This document shows positions 57,459 to 59,880 of a stretch of DNA of 59,880 bases, in pieces (position 1 is the stretch's first letter; every line of letters starts with the position of its first letter). The stretch comes from a virus (lineage: Duplodnaviria > Caudoviricetes). The notes below the pieces were generated by a model. The model saw only the letters and a program-made list of their open reading frames with translations. It was not told the DNA's origin and ran no database searches. The position numbers were made by a program, and so were the translations under genes. Where the stretch lies: the IMG/VR virus record IMGVR_UViG_3300008266_000061, positions 1-59,880 of that record, one strand, 5' to 3'.

Positions 57459-57780
57459 TGGACATACGTGGTATTCGTGAAACAAATTTTTGTGACTTGG
57501 CTATGCGCTCCTGTTCGATCAGGAACTGCTGTTGGTCTTGCACCATGAACGAGTCAAGGGCGGCCTTGGTTGCTGCGATAACTACGGTGTTGGAGTCCAT
57601 CTGTGCCTGGTACTCCTTGTTAATCTCGTGTAGCCTTTCGATGGCTATGTTCTCATTCTCTGAGTTCTTCTCGACCGTCCCCATGTGGAAGACGAGGAAG
57701 AACACTCCAACAAGGATCACAACGGACAGGCCGAGGATGATCAGGGTGTATATGTTTTTGGTCTTATCCATATTATTCAA
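57373..57780 (-). CDS. i-spanin/Rz-like protein
   Basis: N-terminal TM followed by coiled coil. Confidence 0.5.
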   Translation of the reverse strand: MNNMDKTKNIYTLIILGLSVVILVGVFFLVFHMGTVEKNSENENIAIERLHEINKEYQAQMDSNTVVIAATKAALDSFMVQDQQQFLIEQERIAKSQKFVSRIPRMSNDSLKTLYISSWNYLLDEYRNGRLIPSN

Positions 57781-57819
57781 AGTTAGCGTATCCTAGGTCT
57801 TCCCAGGTCGGTGAATCAA

Positions 57820-58359
57820 TCATTTTTTTAACTCCTTTATCTTGTCCTTGTATTCGTATATCAACTCCTTTATCTTGTCAAGCGGCATACTCAGTCGGTC
57901 GTTCCGGAGCGACTTCAGCTCCTCTAGTTTTGCCTTGCCAATTCGCTTCTCAATCCCGATGGCGTACTCAAGGAGGTTGCCATGCTTGTGTTGGTTACAC
58001 GATACACACTGGCCGAAAACGTTCCACTCGTGGAACCTTAGGTTAGGGTAGGAACCAACGGAATAAAAATGCCCGGCATCATACTTCCCTTGCAATGGCC
58101 GACCACAACTGATGCAACCCTTCCCCTGGTCTCTGACCCGAATGAATTGGTTAAACACCTGTTGTAGTTCCTTGCGCCATTGGGAGACGGACTTGTTCCG
58201 CTCCTTTACTTCCTTGAGTTCTCTCTTTATCTTCTTATCCTTCTGCTTGGAGGAGTAAGTTATCATGCACTCGATGTTCTCACACGTTGCTTGCATCGTG
58301 CTGTACTTCGGAATAAACTCCTGTCTACAGATTTTGCACTTCTTATTCCTCACCTTCAT
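57820..58359 (-). CDS. ninG: NinG/Rap-family recombination endonuclease
   Basis: CKIC...C...C; Q..FN.FIR.RD...CISCG..DAGHF.SVG..P.LRF.E.N..GQC..CN.HKHGN. Confidence 0.9.
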   Translation of the reverse strand: MKVRNKKCKICRQEFIPKYSTMQATCENIECMITYSSKQKDKKIKRELKEVKERNKSVSQWRKELQQVFNQFIRVRDQGKGCISCGRPLQGKYDAGHFYSVGSYPNLRFHEWNVFGQCVSCNQHKHGNLLEYAIGIEKRIGKAKLEELKSLRNDRLSMPLDKIKELIYEYKDKIKELKK

Positions 58360-58367
58360 ACGCTATC

Positions 58368-58646
58368 TTATTTTGCGGTCGGCTTCCAGTCTGCCTGTTC
58401 TTTAGCCAAGTTTGCCTTGACGGTCTCCTTGAGAGTCTCGACACAGAACGGAACCGATTCCTTGTAGTCCTCAAAGTGTTCATCGAATTGTTTCTCATCA
58501 ATTTCCACGTCAAAGGTAGTGATTCCGTTCGTGGTACGCAAGACCGTGAAGTTCCATTCTTTGTTCTTGACCCCCGGAAAGGACATTGTGATTGTGCCGG
58601 CAAAGTACTCGACTTGCTTGGATGGCTTGTTAGAGATGTTGATCAT
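58368..58646 (-). CDS. Hypothetical protein
   Basis: ORF track; ATGA-coupled. Confidence 0.65.
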   Translation of the reverse strand: MINISNKPSKQVEYFAGTITMSFPGVKNKEWNFTVLRTTNGITTFDVEIDEKQFDEHFEDYKESVPFCVETLKETVKANLAKEQADWKPTAK

Positions 58647-58858
58647 AATTTTATGTTATAGTTGTTAATGATTTCAAAGAATTGTTCGTATACCTCATTA
58701 TAGGCTTCCCACATCTTCTCGTCATGGGTGTCGTACTTTACCTTGCCTCTGAGGTACTCTCTGACCCCATCGAGGGCTATCCTCATATCGAGGGCCTTGT
58801 TGCATAGTTCGTACTCGTTCTGGTCTTCGGGCAGATTGAAAGTTAATTGTGCTTGCAT
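58643..58858 (-). CDS. Conserved phage hypothetical protein
   Basis: M.A.L.FNLPED..EY...LR.KVKY motif. Confidence 0.75.
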   Translation of the reverse strand: MQAQLTFNLPEDQNEYELCNKALDMRIALDGVREYLRGKVKYDTHDEKMWEAYNEVYEQFFEIINNYNIKL

Positions 58859-58911
58859 GGTGGTGTACTTATTTTTTAGGTGGTGTACTTAAATGTGAGG
58901 TGGTGTACTTA
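58859..58911. repeat. Three identical 13-bp direct repeats at 20-bp period
   Basis: GGTGGTGTACTTA at 58859, 58879 and 58899. Confidence 0.9.
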
Positions 58912-59128
58912 CAACCTCCTTCTTTGTTTCTGTTCCGTCATACCAACAAAGGTTTTCTTGGGCTTCTTCCAACGTGTCGTATAAACTCCTCAGGCATTCA
59001 TCACCATAAAGGCTTGCCTCCTTCCACTTATACCCGCCAAAGAGCCGCTTCTTCTTCTGTTCGATGGTGTAGTATTCGCGGCCATTGGGCAGCGTGGTCT
59101 TTATGATGCGGCATTCTATTTTACTCAT
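58889..59128 (-). CDS. Hypothetical protein
   Basis: ORF track. Confidence 0.65.
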   Translation of the reverse strand: MSKIECRIIKTTLPNGREYYTIEQKKKRLFGGYKWKEASLYGDECLRSLYDTLEEAQENLCWYDGTETKKEVVSTPPHI

Positions 59129-59384
59129 TGTTTTTTTCTTTAAGTTTCTTTTTGAGATCTTTCAACATTATTTTTGCAGTATCTGTCATGGTGGGTGCGG
59201 GCAATTTTGACAATGCATCAAGCGCTTTTTCCATTTGCTCTTTAGTCATTTCAACCCTCTCTACCTCCTCGCCTATGTGCTTGTGGCCTATTAAATCTGG
59301 TTGCTCTTTCATTTGAAGTTGTACCCTAGTTACCATTGCTCTAATCATAAGTTTCGTAAACTCACTTGTTTTCTTTTTACTCAT
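59121..59384 (-). CDS. Hypothetical protein
   Basis: Start taken at MSKKK. Confidence 0.6.
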   Translation of the reverse strand: MSKKKTSEFTKLMIRAMVTRVQLQMKEQPDLIGHKHIGEEVERVEMTKEQMEKALDALSKLPAPTMTDTAKIMLKDLKKKLKEKNNE

Positions 59385-59520
59385 AATTACCTCCTTCAAT
59401 AAATGTGATATGATGACAATTAGGACATTCAAGTTCTGTAGTTTCAATAGGTCTAACAGCAACCCACATGATTCTACATATATCACACTCTACTAATGAT
59501 GTTGTGAATTTCTCATTCAT
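59377..59520 (-). CDS. Small zinc-ribbon protein (47 aa)
   Basis: Manual translation MNEKFTTSLVECDICRIMWVAVRPIETTELECPNCHHITFIEGGNYE; overlaps both neighbours. Confidence 0.65.
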   Translation of the reverse strand: MNEKFTTSLVECDICRIMWVAVRPIETTELECPNCHHITFIEGGNYE

Positions 59521-59770
59521 ATTCTTTCAGCATTTCTATATTTCTTTTCTTTCTCTCCTGCTTGGTTAACGTCTCGTGCCTCCTGGCTCTCATGATTGCT
59601 CGTGCGTTCTTGATGACCTTGTTGGTCTCCGGGTCAATTACCTTGAAGTCCATGGAGTGGACAAGGCCGCAGTCGCAACAGGCCATCTTGTATCCCTTCT
59701 CGATGGGCATCTGCCATTCGTTCTTGGGAACCACGTAGAAGTCTACCTTTTTGTTTTCTTTTTTACTCAT
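59513..59770 (-). CDS. Conserved phage Zn-binding protein
   Basis: W..P...GYKMACCDCGLVH.MDF motif. Confidence 0.75.
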   Translation of the reverse strand: MSKKENKKVDFYVVPKNEWQMPIEKGYKMACCDCGLVHSMDFKVIDPETNKVIKNARAIMRARRHETLTKQERKKRNIEMLKEYE

Positions 59771-59880
59771 TGCTCACCTCCTTTCTTTCTTTGTGCATTC
59801 CAAAATCCTTCAACAAAATCACCAATGTCTTCTATATAAACAATGTATTTACCATCTACAGGCTCTTTGCTTCTCAGTGT
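59767..59880 (-). CDS. Partial hypothetical protein running off the window edge
   Basis: Open frame ending ...WNAQRKKGGEQ*, ATGA-coupled to the next gene. Confidence 0.5.
   Translation of the reverse strand, partial: TLRSKEPVDGKYIVYIEDIGDFVEGFWNAQRKKGGEQ

Noticed and set aside
58859-58911. Mini CRISPR array
   Set aside because: 13-bp repeats and 7-bp spacers are far too short; no cas genes

Overview
This window is most of a dsDNA podovirus-type phage genome, very probably infecting Bacteroidota (about 15 host-type TAnnTTTG promoter elements; A-rich start regions). Layout: a ~1 kb non-coding region with a parS-like palindrome; a cluster of small Lys/Arg-rich genes; a leftward block (tRNA-like gene, HExxH peptidase, metallophosphoesterase, DnaA domain-IV protein, SSB, primase-helicase, replication initiator with internal iterons); a rightward crAss-like morphogenesis block (GroES-like proteins, TerS?, TerL, portal, scaffold?, major capsid, ring proteins, muzzle, ejected cargo proteins, ferritin, modular tail fibre, holin, CHAP endolysin); then a leftward block with spanin-like genes and NinG. 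No DNA polymerase, virion RNA polymerase or integrase is visible. Best unexplained signals: a promoter-hairpin-seed-terminator small RNA antisense to the start codons of two of the phage's own genes; a kissing-loop attenuator ahead of the initiator gene; a 1937-aa cargo protein of cassettes separated by a K-[ST]-K-A-Q linker; three GroES-like domains; and the parS-like site. All calls are by eye, without database searches.
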